Positions 1 through 12,896 of a stretch of DNA of 64,000 bases are shown here, piece by piece. The translations under genes and the position numbers were made by a program. Within the stretch, counting starts at the first letter, position 1, and each line of letters opens with the position of its first letter. Source of the stretch: Leucoraja ocellata (Eukaryota); contig JAWMAR010000202.1 of NCBI GenBank assembly GCA_036785375.1, positions 3,162,001 through 3,226,000 of the forward strand, written 5' to 3'. Below the pieces are notes generated by a model that saw only the letters and a program-made list of their open reading frames with translations, was not told the DNA's origin and made no database searches.

Positions 1-415
1 ATATCCCTGAAATCGCATCGACTGGCAATGTGCTTCAAGGCACTGACATACATCTCCACAGGTTCGCCCTGTCTCTGGCTTCGGGAAAAGAACAAATGCC
101 TGTCCACGACCAAGTTAGTGCGTAACGCACATAACTGTCAGAATTTGCATAGTAGGCAATCAGGGTCATGGCTAGACTCAGCGGGAGCGATCTGGATCCC
201 AGCCGGGTCAAACCTAGCCGGTTCATAATGAAATCTTATGGCACGTCGGGCAGCTTCTGTGCCTGCTAGATTAAGAAGAATTGATGCTCGAATACCGGGA
301 GCAGCAGTATGTGAGCTGCTTCAATGTAAATTGAGAAATCTTCAAATATGCGCCACCGTTCTGCGAGGTCTTCGTCAAACATCAGGATCTCTGGTTTTCT
401 GAGAGCAGAAGCCAT
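1..415 (-). pseudogene. Decayed Gypsy/Ty3 LTR-retrotransposon gag N-terminus (continues off the left edge)
   Basis: Manual minus-strand translation from ATG at 415: MASALRKPEILMFDEDLAERWRIFE..FSIYIEAAH/(frameshift)..IRASILLNLAGTEA..LLCKF*QLCALRTNLVVDRHLFFSRSQRQGEPVEMYVSALKHIASRCDF. The pattern N..ERH.F..R.Q..GE...Y...L...A..C.F is typical of Gypsy gag. One frameshift and one stop. Confidence 0.8.
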
Positions 416-488
416 AGGAATATATACTGGAGAAAACAACAAACTAAAATAAAAGCAATATAATTAAGCAAGGAGTGTGTCCGTTCAA

Positions 489-687
489 TCTGACACCATG
501 TCGAGCTTTTGCTGTTGGAATAACTTCAGGTCACACACAGTGATTAAGCTCCAAAGACTTTATTAGCGTTACAGCATAGGTAACTTCATCTTAATACGCA
601 ACTCAAGACTGAGGGAGAAAGGGCTGAGAAGCTTTCTGTTAAACTAGTGGGCATAGCTACAAAGTAAGACTCATAACATGAGTAACA
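489..687 (-). mobile_element. Gypsy 5' LTR (~499-687) plus primer-binding site (489-498)
   Basis: On the minus strand TGTTA...AATAAA...CTCGACA is followed immediately by TGGTGTCAGA (complementary to a tRNA-Leu-like 3' end), about 75 bp upstream of the gag ATG. The outer LTR edge (678 or 687) is approximate. Confidence 0.75.
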
Positions 688-1038
688 CTGATCTACAGTT
701 ACTCCAGTACTTTGTGCCTTTTTTGTAAACCAGAATCTGCAGTTCCATTCATCTTGGTCTGCCTCCTTTTTGTTTCCAATCTTTTGCTCTGGTGGATGGC
801 TATGAAAATCTTGCAAATCAGATAAGTCTGCTCAAATTTTTTTTCAAAAATTCAAGACAAATCTTGTTTTAAGCAGTGTTATGTTTTCCCTGCAATAGCA
901 AATGCCACATCGATTTTCTTCAGAGTATTGGAAGGAAAGTGTGATTAAGAGATTCCAATTACATTCTCCAATTACCTCCATTCATCACTTCTTGTCCACT
1001 GGTATTTTTGATATTAAGCAGATTTAGGATTCCAGAAG

Positions 1039-1340
1039 GCTGCACGGTGGCGCAGTGGTAGAATTGCTGCCTGACAGCGCCAGAGACACGGGTTCGATCC
1101 CGACTACGGGTGCTGTTAGTACAGAGCTTGTAAATTCTCCCCATCACCGTGTGGGTTTTCTCCAAGAGCTCCGGTTTCCTCCCACATTCCAAAGATCTAC
1201 AGGTTTGTAGGTTAATTGGGTTTGGCATAAATGTAAATTGTCCCTAGTGTGTGGGATAGTGTCAATGTGCGGGGAATCACTTGTCAGCATTAACTCGATG
1301 GGCCGAAGGGCCTGTTTCCACGCTATATCTCTAAACTAAA
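1039..1340 (+). mobile_element. tRNA-derived SINE (HE1/V-SINE-like); related copies at ~22683-22750(+), 27945-28160(-), 42340-42597(-), 49680-50985(+, interrupted), 56620-56805(-), 60290-60495(-)
   Basis: A box GGTGGCGCAGTGG, B box GGTTCGATCCC, conserved body (GGGTTTTCTCC..CTCCGGTTTCCTCCCACA..TTTGTAGGTTAATTGG) and CR1-like tail GGGCCGAAGGGCCTGTTTCC..(CTAAA)n. Multiple copies are visible in the window. Confidence 0.85.
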
Positions 1341-2640
1341 TTAAAGGGCATTGACCCACATTTGCAATATTTTCAACACGCCGTTTGGGACTCTGCTATA
1401 TTCAGGAGAAGCACTCCTAACAACAGCCGAGGGAATATGCATTTGTGTTGTTCAGTATAAAATGCAGATGATTTTTGCAAAGTTGTACAGCATTGTCTTT
1501 GGACATGGAATTTGGCATTCAATGCCAGTGGTGTAAATTATATGCTCAGTTAAACTTCAGTCATCTTTAAATAACATTTGTTAATGCCAGAGAAAGGGCG
1601 CAGTGACCAAATATCTTCCTGCAGAATTTTACAGGAACCACATAGTGGAGGAGCAAATATTATTTGTGTAGATGCTCTATTCACCATGAATCTCTGTCAC
1701 TAAACCAAGGCCAAGCATTGTTATACTCATTTGTGGATGGACAGTTGCCATACCAAGGAACAAATTTGGAATTAAATGGGATCATGCAAGTCATCAAGTA
1801 AATGGCTGTTGACTGGCTACTGACACGGAGAGGCCATCACTTCAAACATGAGAAGGGAAGCCTCAATACCCTCCTTGCCAATTGCAACCACTGCACTCAA
1901 TTCAGTGGAAGTTGGATGGCACTGCATGAACCTTCAATCATGAACCTGGGAGCTACTTATTTGATAGTGAGGAATAATGCAGGCTAATGAAATAGCTGCA
2001 TCATCTCAAAGATGATTATTGACCCACTGGAAGTTGCATCTGAACTAGATATTTCTTGCAATTCTGAACCCTATACAAACTGGACAAGAAAGGCATGGCC
2101 ATCTTTTACATTGATGGATACTCAAATCAAGCACCAGTTGTGACTGAGGCAACACGACGCAAACAATGTCAAAAACAATCTCTTCTATGATTAAGGTTCT
2201 GCTACTTCTTAACTATTCTCTGTCTGTATCTTGCCTTAACTCTAGGGAGTGGAGATACAGAGGCCTGATCTTGCTGGATGCAGCTCAGCTTAGGCAAATG
2301 GATATTGACCATAGTTGAGGATATCAGATTAAAGTCAAATAAGACCCAAATCGATGTTTGCAAAATCATGTGCTCCTGTAATGCCTCCAGTTTCCCAAGG
2401 TGCATCAATACCTACTTTCCTCAAATCTGAAAAACTATTCACCGCGAATCTTTGTCACTAAACCAATTTCTTGCACATGCTTTATTTCATGGGCTTCCAT
2501 CTTATGACAAGCATATTGCATGGAACTTAATCCAATGCCGTAAAAATTAACGTGAACAACATCAAATGCTCTGCTCTCATCAACCCAGACCTCAATAACC
2601 TAGTTGATTTAAAAAACACTGAAAGATTATGAATAGTATA

Positions 2641-2858
2641 CAGTGCACTCCATGTTTGGGACAAAGACCCATCACTTATTTATTTCCTCTGTACTCCACA
2701 ATTTGAGATTTGTAACAGAACAAATCACATGTGGTTAATGTGCACATAGTCAGATTTTAATAAAGGCCATTTTTACACATGTGGTTTTTTTTTTCAAATT
2801 GTGGAGTATAGAGGCAAATAACTAAAAGTCTTTGTCCCAAACATTATGGAGGGCACTG
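2641..2858. mobile_element. Tc1/mariner-like MITE
   Basis: TIRs CAGTGCACTCCAT---GTTTGGGACAAAGAC / GTCTTTGTCCCAAACATTATGGAGGGCACTG, with TA on the left flank (TG on the right). Confidence 0.8.
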
Positions 2859-3584
2859 TGGCTTGCAATATCCACTCTTCATAGCCATATAATTTTGGAT
2901 ACCATTCATCCACATATCATACGCCGAGTCAATCTATTTATTTACTTTTAAGAATAGCAGACCTTTCTAGATTCTCATCTTCATGGATTTTTAGCATCAA
3001 CACCATTTGTTACTGCACACATGGCAACATCTTTCTTCTTGTTAAAGGTGTGGGAAACCTCCCATTTAACATTTCATTAGCCTACCTTCCACCACCCACA
3101 CCCCCCTCCCTCCCCAACTCATTACCAGTCATATTTTTTTTATTTTACATGTGCCTATATTTTTTACGTCTAGAGATTTGTTATTCTGATATCACCTTTT
3201 TATAATCTCCTTATTATACATCCCCCCCCTTATGAATCACAAAATTCCACAAGGCTTAGTTGGACTGTTAAACATCACACTGCCATCTCCCCCAACACAA
3301 AAGAGAATAAAATAGAAAAGCAAAAATCTGCAGCTTTTTGAAGTATTGTGACCAATACTTTTTAAAAAATCAATGAAATGTTCCTACCTTTAATTACTCG
3401 ATTAAGTATTTCCGGGCAAATAATGGCTCATTAGCAGAAAAGTCCATCAAAGAACATATAGTGGCTGAAGTCCATAGTGGTTGGGGTTTTGTTTTAACAT
3501 CTATTTCTTCATTCAATTTAGATTTAGTAAAGTTGCTTGGATTTAAAAAAAAAGGCAACAGTAAAGAAAAATAAAGCAAGGCAC

Positions 3585-3790
3585 AAAGCACTGGAGTAAC
3601 TCAGTGGGCCGGGTCTGGCAGCATCTCTGGAGAACATGGAAAGATGAAGTTTCAGGTCAGGATCCTTCTTCAGAATATGAAGAAAGACCCCAACGCAAAG
3701 TGTCACCTAATCATGTTCTCCAGAGATGCTGCCTGACCCGCTGAGTTATTCCAGTACTTTTGTCTTTTTTGTAAATCAGCAACTGTAGTT
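3585..3790. repeat. Fold-back PLE-derived short repeat (two inverted halves)
   Basis: CTGGAGTAACTCAG..GGCAGCATCTCTGGAGAACATG ... CATGTTCTCCAGAGATGCTGCC..CTGAGTTATTCCAG. The same family recurs at 21740-21910, 22160-22280, 24685-24782, 25345-25420, 25640-25745, 25935-26030, 29205-29377, 32300-32410, 33700-33797, 37640-37870, 41450-41506 and 60660-60725. Confidence 0.8.
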
Positions 3791-3799
3791 TGTTATACC

Positions 3800-4165
3800 T
3801 CCTCCCTCAATTCTATCCAGAATCCCCAACAGTAATTTAAGGCGAGGCAGAGGTTCATTTGCACCTCCTCCAACTCATCTACTGCATCCATTGTTCTTGG
3901 TGTGGGCTCCTATAAATATACCAGACTGGGCAATCGTTTCGCTGAATACTCACGATCAGACCACCTTGGCCTAGGCGATCTCCCAGTTGCCAAACAATGG
4001 GACATTTTCAGCTCCACCCTTCCTTGGTCATCTGTGGCCAGTCCTGCTTTGTTCTGGCCATTTCTTCCTTCCAGTTCCCTCCCCTCTACTTTCAGTCTGA
4101 AGAGGGGTCCCAACCCGAAACACCATCCTTCCTTTTTCTCCATAGATACTGCCTGACATGCAGAG
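3800..4165 (+). mobile_element. Penelope-like element 3' fragment (GIY-YIG remnant + pLTR)
   Basis: Degenerate ...CTSSN/IYCIHCSWCGLL..RLGNRFAE..; ends in the CTGAAGA..CCCGAAAC motif. Confidence 0.7.
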
Positions 4166-4167
4166 TT

Positions 4168-4568
4168 AGAAACATAGAAATTAGGTGCAGGAGTAGGCCA
4201 TTCGGCCCTTCGAGCCTGCACCGCCATTCAATATGATCATGGCTGATCATCCAACTCAGTATCCCGTACCTGCCTTCATTCCATACCCTCTGATCCCCTT
4301 AGCCACAAGGGCCACATCTAACTCCCTCTTAAATATAGCCAATGAACTGGCCTCGACTACCCTCTGTGGCAGAGAGTTCCAGAGATTCACCACTCTCTGT
4401 GTGAAAAGAGTTCTTCTCATCTCAGTTTTAAAGGATTTCCCCCTTATCCTTAAGCTGTGACCCCTTGTCCTGGACTTCCCCAACATCGGGAACAATCTTC
4501 CTGCATCTAGCCTGTCCAACCCCTTAAGAATTTTGTAAGTTTCTATAAGATCCCCTCTCAGTCTCCTA
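4168..4568 (-). mobile_element. CR1-clade LINE 3' end (HER1-like)
   Basis: ORF 4256-4519 DRLDAGRLFP..RTRGHSLRIRG..FTQRVVNLWNSLPQRVVEA is the classic CR1 ORF2 C-terminus. The 3' tail reads AGAAACATAGAAA on the plus strand. Confidence 0.9.
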
Positions 4569-5024
4569 AGTTACTGAGTTTTGTGTCTATATTCAGTAAA
4601 TAACAGCATCTGCAGTTCCTTTCTACACAACTGCAGTTCCTTGTTGGCTCTAAGAAAAATAATGCATCCCGATGTTAAAATAAATGTGTCTCATACCATA
4701 AAGGAAAGCATTCATTCTCTACACATAATTGCATTCTTTAAAAATCCTGTTTTCTTCTTATTCTTATTATACAGGAAGTTATAATAAACTTTATACTATA
4801 TGTTTATTAACAAGATACAAGTTCAAATATATTGATGAAGTCATACAATACATTGGTCTAGATCTAAAAGGAAAGTTTGAATTTAAATATTTCATTTTGT
4901 TGTTGGGTTATGTTTTATAACATATTACATTTTAAAATGCAGCGTTCAGTTTTACATCAGCTTTCAGTGTAAGGTTATTTTATACTGAAAGTTGCAGTGG
5001 GGCAAAAGAAAATCAATTTTGACA

Positions 5025-5860
5025 CCAAATACCTTGAAATCCTCCAACATTTTTGCCACCTCCAACAGGATCCCACCACTAGTCATGTATTCCCATTTCC
5101 TCCATTTCCTGCTTTCCACAGAGATCTTTCCCTTCGCAACTCCCTGGTTCACCCATACCTTCCCACCCAAACCACCCCCTCCCTGGAACCTTCCCCTGCA
5201 ACCACAGGAGATGCAACACCTGTCCTTTTCCTCCTCCCACAATTCCCATCCGAGGACCCCAACAGTCCTTTCAAGTGAGGCAGAGGATCACTTGCACCTC
5301 CTCCAATCTAATCTACTGTACCAGTTTTCTCAGTGTGGGTTTCTATATATCGGCGAGACCATGAGCAGACTGGGCAAACATTTCGCTCAACACTTACGCT
5401 CCGTTGTCCTTGGCCTAGGCAATCTCATTTTAACTCCCTTTCCCATTCTGACCTTTCTGTCCTGGGCCTCCTCCACGGTCAGATTGGGGACACACCCAAA
5501 TTGGAGGAACAGCACCTCATACTTCGCTTAGGCAGCTTACAACCCAGCGGTATACACATTGATTTCTCTAACTTTAAGCATTCACTCTACCACCCACACC
5601 CACCATAGTCGCCCTATTAGTTCCACTGTTCACATTCTTGTATCCATTGCTTATCACCTCTTCCTCAGCCAACAATGACCCATTATGGGCTCCACCCTTC
5701 CTTGGTCATATGTTGCTGGCCCGGAATTCTTCTGGTCTTTTCCTACCTCTGCTTCCCTACCCTCTAGTTTCAGTCCGAAGAAGGGTTGCAACCCGACTCG
5801 TCACCCATTCTTTTTCTCCAGAGATGCTGCCTGACCTGCTGAGTTACTCCAACACATTGT
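5025..5860 (+). mobile_element. Penelope-like element fragment with GIY-YIG endonuclease remnant
   Basis: Translations ILQHFCHLQQDPTTSHVFP..PAFHRDLSLRNSLVH, SNLLYQFSQCGFLYIGETMSRLGKHFAQHLRSV and HFNSLSHSDLSVLGL..KLEEQHLILRLGSLQPSGIHIDF match the PLE linker plus GIY-YIG domain. Frameshifted; followed by a pLTR-type repeat. Confidence 0.85.
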
Positions 5861-7789
5861 CTACCGTCACCTTAAAATTCTTGATTAGATTGAGGGGGAG
5901 AAAATAAATTCTACCAGAATATAAACCTTTTTTATTTTGTATATGTTCTCTCCCAATTCATTAACATATATTAACAATGAAACCGATATAAAATTATAAA
6001 ATAACAACGATCATGATGCCTGATATACACAAGACATCAGATCATAAAACACTTTCACATTGTTATTAGGACACCAAGTAGTTTGGTACAATGGCCTGGA
6101 TCATCCAACACCCAAGGGAAAATAAAACCCTCTTGCTATACTCAGTGTTGTTCCTCACTGACATGTAGTTTGACTGTACCTGCATAGTTTGCAGCTACAT
6201 TTCATATTTACTTATGCTGACATAGTTCTTTTTTTTCTTTCTGCAGTTACTCCAGCCATTGTTTCAACAGTTTGGAGATTAAGAACTAGGTGGAATAATG
6301 GCTGTGGTAAAAGCAACCGTTATAAGCATCAGGCTCAAAACTACACTACCTGATTGCATCTTTCACTGTATACCTTTCTGTGATTTCTTCTTTTCTTTCT
6401 CGTATATTTTGAATTGCTTTCATCTCTCCTCACTTCCTTGCTACGTCTCCTTTAATTGAAAGAAGGATAACAACATTAGTTCCTTTGCCAATACAAGACT
6501 CTTTGCTCACGCTTATGTTCATTCCCCAACACAGTTCTTTCATCACATTTCACATAATGTTTTCAGATGAATCTATGATGTGCATCATGTGACTTTTATG
6601 CCCTTGGCTTCCAGATAGTCTTTCTGTTTATCCATACTCATTGCCTGGAACAATCGTTATACAATTTTGTACAACTTACTGTCAGTGTTTAGATCGCAAG
6701 TCAATTGCATAAATAAAACGCATAATGAGATCAGTTTCAATCAGCTGCAGTGGAAATAATTTTTTTCCTCAATCATCAGTACCTAGAATCATAAGAATGC
6801 TGTACAAACAAAGTCTGTTTGAATACTGATTCCAGGTACTGCATTGCTGTTAAATTGAAACTACACAGAATGAAGCTATGTATCTCTACTACTCTATGTC
6901 TGTTAGATGACAAGCACATAAAAATGGGGAAAGACATCTTTAGTAGTCTCTGTTTCTTATATTGTCACCCTCCACAACTATGACATTGGGAAGCACATTA
7001 ACCCAGTAGAGTGATGCAGAGGCTTGACATTAATCTCCTAAAGCAGGGAGGCATAAAAGTACATCTTGATTTTCTCTCCAGCAGTAAATTTTAAGCTTGT
7101 TTACATTATCAGGGTCAATTTATTTTGCACCAAGTTCAAGAACTTAAAGAAACAATCTTTGTATTTTTCTTCAATTACCTAGAATCTATTTACAGCTCAA
7201 AAGAAAAGCAAATACACTTTATTTTTAAAATATTTATGCAATATAACCAAGCAGTCAAAATACCTTCTTGCTAGTTGTCTATATGACGTGTGCATCAAAT
7301 TTTTTCGTAAAGTCAAGGGAATTCCTGTTGAATATACTATTTTCAGTACATCTTCAATCAACACACCAGACAGAGACATTGGGATTGGCCACTGCTGTTC
7401 AAATTCCAAGTCAAATATGCAAGTTACTTTTAAAAAAAAATAAATGGGTCTCTGTGTCCATTAAAATTGTTTAAGTAAAAGTATGTTTTTGGAGTTGGTA
7501 ATAAACATAATGGTTGTGAAGTAAATAATAATTCACCACAAATCTGAAAATTCAGTTGCATGCAATAAAGCATTTGGTGATTGAAGGTTTAGTGCAAATG
7601 GGACTAGTTTCGAAGAGGCATCTTGGCCGGCATGAATTAGGCCAAAGGGCCCGTTTCTGTACTGTAAAACTCTTGCGTGGCGTGCACACAACTGATTTAC
7701 CCTTCCACGCCTAGTATTGCAAAGTTCAACTTAACTAAACAAAGTGACAATAGATTTGATCCGTGATCATGTTTTGTATCCAGACCTTT

Positions 7790-8470
7790 TATCTGGAACA
7801 AAAGAGAGTCGAGAGGAGAAAACCAGTGTAAAGAAGTGAAAGGGAGGATTGGTGTAAGAGCTGGCAAGCTATACGTTGTTTGGCAGATGGAGTCAGGTGG
7901 TGGTGAAGGGGAGAGACAACGACAGAGACGTTGAGGTGATAAGTGGAGCTTGATAAGAAAGGAAACGTGGAACCAAATAGAGAGGCTTGATGGATGGATG
8001 GGAATAGTAAGAGGAGGGGGATAGGAAACTCAGTGGGCGGGCGATGGGCAGGTTAAGAAGATGGGGGGTGAATATTTAAAGGGAGAGTGTGTGCAAGAGC
8101 ACCTGGGTAGATCAGGAGAGAGAAAAGGTCAGAGGGGAAGCGGGTTACCTGAAGTCAGATAATTCAATGTCCATTGGGTCACGCACTATCCATGCAGAAT
8201 GAAGTGCTGTTCCTACAATTTACATTTGGCCTCACTCTGGCAAGAGGATAAACATGGTGTGGGAATGGAAAAAGGAATTGCAACCGGAGCTCCAAATGGC
8301 CTTCCAGAAAGAGTCACCTGGTATCACTAACATAGAGGAAGCCAATCGAGACCACGGAGTCCAATAAATGAGGTTGGAGGAGGTGCATATGAATTTCTAT
8401 CTACCCTGAAGTCTGTTTAGGTCCCTGGATTGAGTTGAGGGAGTAAGTATAGGGACAGGTGTTAGATGAG
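7790..8470 (-). mobile_element. Old PLE fragment (inverted)
   Basis: The reverse complement resembles 5200-5750 (e.g. AATGAGGTTGGAGGAGGTGCATATGAA, GAAGTGCTGTTCCT..AATTT). Highly diverged. Confidence 0.55.
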
Positions 8471-8509
8471 TGAGATGGTGTTGCCACAGGTCCTAACTAT
8501 ACCTGCTCA

Positions 8510-8735
8510 TTAACCATATAACCATATAACAATTACAGCACGGAAACAGGCCATCTCGGCCCTACAAGTCCGTGCCAAACAACTTTTTTTTCCCCTAAGT
8601 CCCACCTGCCTGCACTCATACCATAACCCTCCATTCCCTTCTCATCCATATGCCTATCCAATTTATTTTTAAATGATACCAATGAACCTGCCTCCACCAC
8701 TTCCACCGGAAGCTCATTCCACACCGCCACCACTG
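8510..8735 (-). mobile_element. CR1 LINE 3' end
   Basis: ORF 8533-8772 ..VWNELPVEVVEAGSLVSFKNKLDRHMDEKGMEGYG; (AACCATAT)n tail. Confidence 0.85.
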
Positions 8736-8775
8736 GCCAAGTGAAGCAATCTTCACTGGCCAAGTGAAGCAATCT

Positions 8776-9520
8776 TTGTTCCTAGCCTACATTGGCATTG
8801 AATCCCAATTCTTCCTCCACAAATCTACGACTATATTGGCGCTGCCTCCAATACTCACGTGGAACTCATCACTTTCAGCAACTATGGTTCTTACAAAAAC
8901 CCCGCCATGAGATTTACTTGGACTATTTCTAACACCTCACTTCCCTTTGTTAATGTTTCTGTCTTTATCTCAGGACACAATTTTTCCACTGACAATTATA
9001 AAAAAACACCGACTCCTACAGTTACCTCGACTACATCTCCCTTTACCGTGTAACTTGAAAGGACACTATCCCATTCCTCAATTTCTCTGTTTCTGCGGCA
9101 TCTGTTCTCAAGATGAAACTTTCCACACCAGGACATCCAAACTTTCTTTTTTCAGGAAATGTGGATTCCCGTCCACTGTGATGGAGCCCTCACCCACATC
9201 CCCTGTTGTCCACACTTCTGCACGCCTTTTTGTCTCCACTTTTCATCTCCCAACCTCTGTCACTATTTCTACCTTCCCTCCCCACATCAATCCATCTGCC
9301 ATCAGCCCCTCCTTATCAGGATTCACCAATCATTTGTCAGCTCTTGCCCCTTTTCACTCCTCTTTTCCTGGTGATTTCCCTCTACTCTTCCAGTCGGATG
9401 AAGGGCCTCATCTCAAAACATTGACCACTCATTCCCTTCACAGATGCCACCTGACTCGCCGGATTCCTCCAGCAGTCTTTTTTTGTTACAGTTTCCAGCA
9501 TCGGCACTCCCGTGTATCCT
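8776..9520 (+). mobile_element. PLE reverse-transcriptase C-terminal fragment + pLTR
   Basis: ..DYIGAAS..ELITF..PAMRFTWTISNTSLPF..VSVFISG..STDNYKK/PTPTVTSTT../IPQFLCFCGICSQDETFH, characteristic of PLE RT; degenerate. Confidence 0.7.
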
Positions 9521-10628
9521 GATTTTGAAGTTGGGTTGTGAAAACTAGTATAGATGAAAGTTAGTCATGTTTATGATGAATCTATTGATATCTCGAGTAT
9601 CCTTCCTCAATAAAATATTACAGGACAATTAAAATGGCAAAGCAGGTTTTACTTTCGCATTCTCACTTGCAGAACAAACCACAACCGTTATGTTCTATGC
9701 TCACTTACGATTTCTGCTAATCATTTTTTGAAGTTGAGGTGAAAATCTCTTACACAACTTTTATACAACTATTTCAGAGATTGGTGGATTTGTATTAAAA
9801 CTATCTATCTGGGAACATGGTGTTAATTTAGAAAGTGAATAGATGTAAAAAATTAATGTCAACATGCAGAACAAATGCATGGCGTCAAATAGCTACTTTT
9901 GCTCCAATTTTCATTTAGAAAACCTTGCGCATTAACTCAAATTCTAAAGCTGAAAATATTTTGCAGAATCGCCAAAAGCACTATACAGATGCAACACTCA
10001 AGTAAAAAGATTAATGCAATTTGGCCCATTAGCTCAAAGAAAAATGTAACCATGAAAAACACCCAAGAAACACTGCATTCAATTTTGGTAAAGGGGTCCT
10101 GGAGTGACACATACGTTCTGAAGGTGCATTATGTGGATTTTCCAGACACCAGGACTTAAAGAATTAAATCTTGATTCTTTAATGTAGACTCAATTTGCAA
10201 TCACTCGAGTTTAGAAGGTTTTGAGTGATCTATTAAAATCATTAGTTGCTAGAGCATGAAATAAGGCCATTGCGCTCAGAGACGTTTCACAACTTTTTTT
10301 CTCAATAGTCCAGTTATTTTTTCCCTTTGTCAAATAAATTATTTTCCATAATTAAACACAAAATGCTGGAGTAACTCATGGGGTCAAGCAGCTGATGTGT
10401 TGCTCCAGCACTTTGTGCTTTACTCAAGATTCCAGCATCTGCAGTTCTTTCTATATCTAAATAATATCCTTAATTTTTTGAGCAGCTTAATTAACTCTCA
10501 TTACATCAATTGATTATACATTGCATCTTTACAGAACTATCAATATTGTGTAATTTTTATGTGAAATTCTACAAATGTTAATAAAATAATTTGGAATGGG
10601 TGCATTGAGAAGAATCAGAAGTGTAGTT

Positions 10629-11348
10629 GTGACATCATGTTTATTATGTAGTGTTTAGAGAAAACTTGCTGAATAGTACTATGATTCCTATGTTACAATA
10701 GTGCTTATGTTAATCCTGGCTAAACTGGAGCAGCTAGGACTGCAAAATGGGTTTAAGTTTCAGGGTTGCTGGGAGATTTGGTTAAATTGGAGTTGCTCTC
10801 TGCAGAGCTGGGACAAGCTATAGAGAGGTGCCAGAGTGCCTGGGGCTTGGATACAATTTGCAAGCAAAGAATGGGAAGATCTGAAACCCTGTCAATTTGG
10901 TGCAAAATGCATAGAATGGATTGGATGACTGCAAACCAGACATACCCCTTGTAAACAGTTGTAAATAATGTTGCAGAGTTTGACTTTGCCAAGTGTTGAT
11001 TGGATGAGGTGTTGAGCCTTGTATGGGTTTTCTGTAAATTAGGGTAAATGGTTCTAAATTGACTTCCTCTCGAAGTCCATTGTGAATACAATGTATTGAA
11101 CTGTTGCATCATTGGGTTAGGGAAATGCCTGTTATGTATGGGGTTAATCGATATCCGTAATTGGGTTATTGAGGGACCACCCCCTTGAGGTCCCGGGACA
11201 TATAAAAGTCCGCGATCACGAGGCTCAGCGTCAATCTTCTGGAAGAGCGCTCGGGACTGGGTGAACTTCTGGAGTGCCTCTGTCTGAGCGAGGCCTAGAG
11301 GGCTTGTACAGGCTGACGCGAGGATCGAACCCGCGGTGGGATAGGTAC
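10629..11348 (+). mobile_element. Putative LTR (U3-TATA-R-like), truncated by a SINE
   Basis: Begins TGTGACATCATG, has a U3-like TG-rich body, TATAAAA at 11201-11207 and then a CpG-rich R-like segment. No second LTR or internal ORF seen. Confidence 0.45.
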
Positions 11349-11600
11349 AGATAGCACAATGGGCTAAGAGTTCGGCTGGCGACCGGAAGGTAGCCGGTTC
11401 AAATCCCGCTTGGAGTGCATACTGTCGTTGTGTCCTTGGGCAAGACACTTCACCCACCTTTGCCTGTAATGGAATGTACGGCGGCAGGCGCGGGCACACC
11501 GCGACGCCCTGTGTCTCCCTTTCAAGGGAGATGCTAAAAATGCATTTCGTTGTCTCTGTACTGTACACTGACAATGACAATAAATTGAATCATTTCATTT
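11349..11600 (+). mobile_element. tRNA-derived CORE-type SINE with LINE-derived tail
   Basis: TAGCACAATGG (A box), GGTTCAAATCC (B box), GTGTCCTTGGGCAAGACACTTCACCC (CORE-like), and tail ATGCATTTCGTTGTCTCTGTACTGTACACTGACAATGACAATAAA. The same tail occurs inverted at ~62990-63062. Confidence 0.75.
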
Positions 11601-12760
11601 CATTTTTTCATTTCATTTTTTTTTTACAGTGTTTGACCTGTGACGTGCTTTTGGCAATTAAAATGTAGTTGTTTCAAGAGCTTGATTCAGTGTTTTTACT
11701 GAAACTAGACTGGGGGGGAAGCTTAGAAATGAGCAATTATTACATTTCTTTTGGCTGTAAAATGCTTTAGATCATCTTGAAATGGATATGAAAATGTATT
11801 ATATTTTAACCTTACAACCATTCAAAGCGCAAGATACATGCCTATAGATTGAATATAGTGTTACCATTATTTTCCAAAGTAATTTCGCGTGTGTATTTGC
11901 TAACAGAATTTCAGACTAAATATGTTAATTATAACAAGTTTCATTTTTGGCAATTATATACATTTCTATCAATTGTACAGCTGACTCACAGCTGGGACAG
12001 GCTCAAATTACACCACTCACTCACCCTGGCCATTCTTGTGAAATCTTAACAAGTGCAGTCTATTTGAATTAATTGCACGTCAAAATGAAGCACAAATTTA
12101 TCCATGTTGTACAGTTAATCAAAAATATATCTCAATACCTAGCCTGATGACCTCTTCCCCATACTCAAATCCTCAGATTATTTTATTTAAGAGACTATTA
12201 CCCAGGCTGGTATCAATCAACTGAAATAACCAAACCTATGATTCACACACAATTTAAAATACAAATTGTCATTTAAACAGAATATATATTCAATTTTTGG
12301 CACCAGAAAATTATATCCAAGCACGGCACAGATTTGCCATATTTATTTTATCGTTTAAAGGAATCAATTGAAGCCCGATTGTACATTTGATATATATACC
12401 TCAAACATTGAGCATTCCAAGGCCAGGTAACTGTTATGATTTAAGTGTTTGGTGGATAAGACAGAAAAAAATAATTTATTTGATGTTGGGATGCAAAACA
12501 TAAGGAACATCATAATAATATTAAAGCTAAGCCATAGAGTTAGGAAGCCAATTATCCCACAATGTGGTGAAAAAGCAATTTTTTGGTCCCAAAATGACGT
12601 GAATGCATGGCCAATTGACAATTTAAAGATATACCGACAAAAATGTTGGGTGGGCAATGGGGTCTATTAACACAATGGAACAGAATAGCGTCTTCTACAT
12701 TTGTAAGCAGTTGTTAAAGATTGCTGTTTGGTTTGAAAGGGAAACTTTTGTGGATACTAT

Positions 12761-12896
12761 NNNNNNNNNNNNNNNNNNNNNNNNNNNNNNNNNNNNNNNN
12801 NNNNNNNNNNNNNNNNNNNNNNNNNNNNNNNNNNNNNNNNNNNNNNNNNNNNNNNNNNNNNNNNNNNNNNNNNNNNNNNNNNNNNNNNNNNNNNNN
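12761..12896. other. Assembly gap (136 N)
   Basis: Run of N. Confidence 1.

Noticed and set aside
1039-1110. tRNA gene (also 11349-11420)
   Set aside because: tRNA-like heads of SINEs, without a proper acceptor stem or terminator.
6330-6660. Purine-rich exon-like stretch on the minus strand in the UNKL intron
   Set aside because: Only short frames, with no recognisable protein or consistent splice phase.
8731-8776. 23-bp perfect tandem duplication
   Set aside because: Junction duplication between CR1 and PLE fragments; no sign of function.
10753-11580. 275-aa minus-strand ORF
   Set aside because: Spans three unrelated repeat pieces, has a non-ATG start and no recognisable domain.
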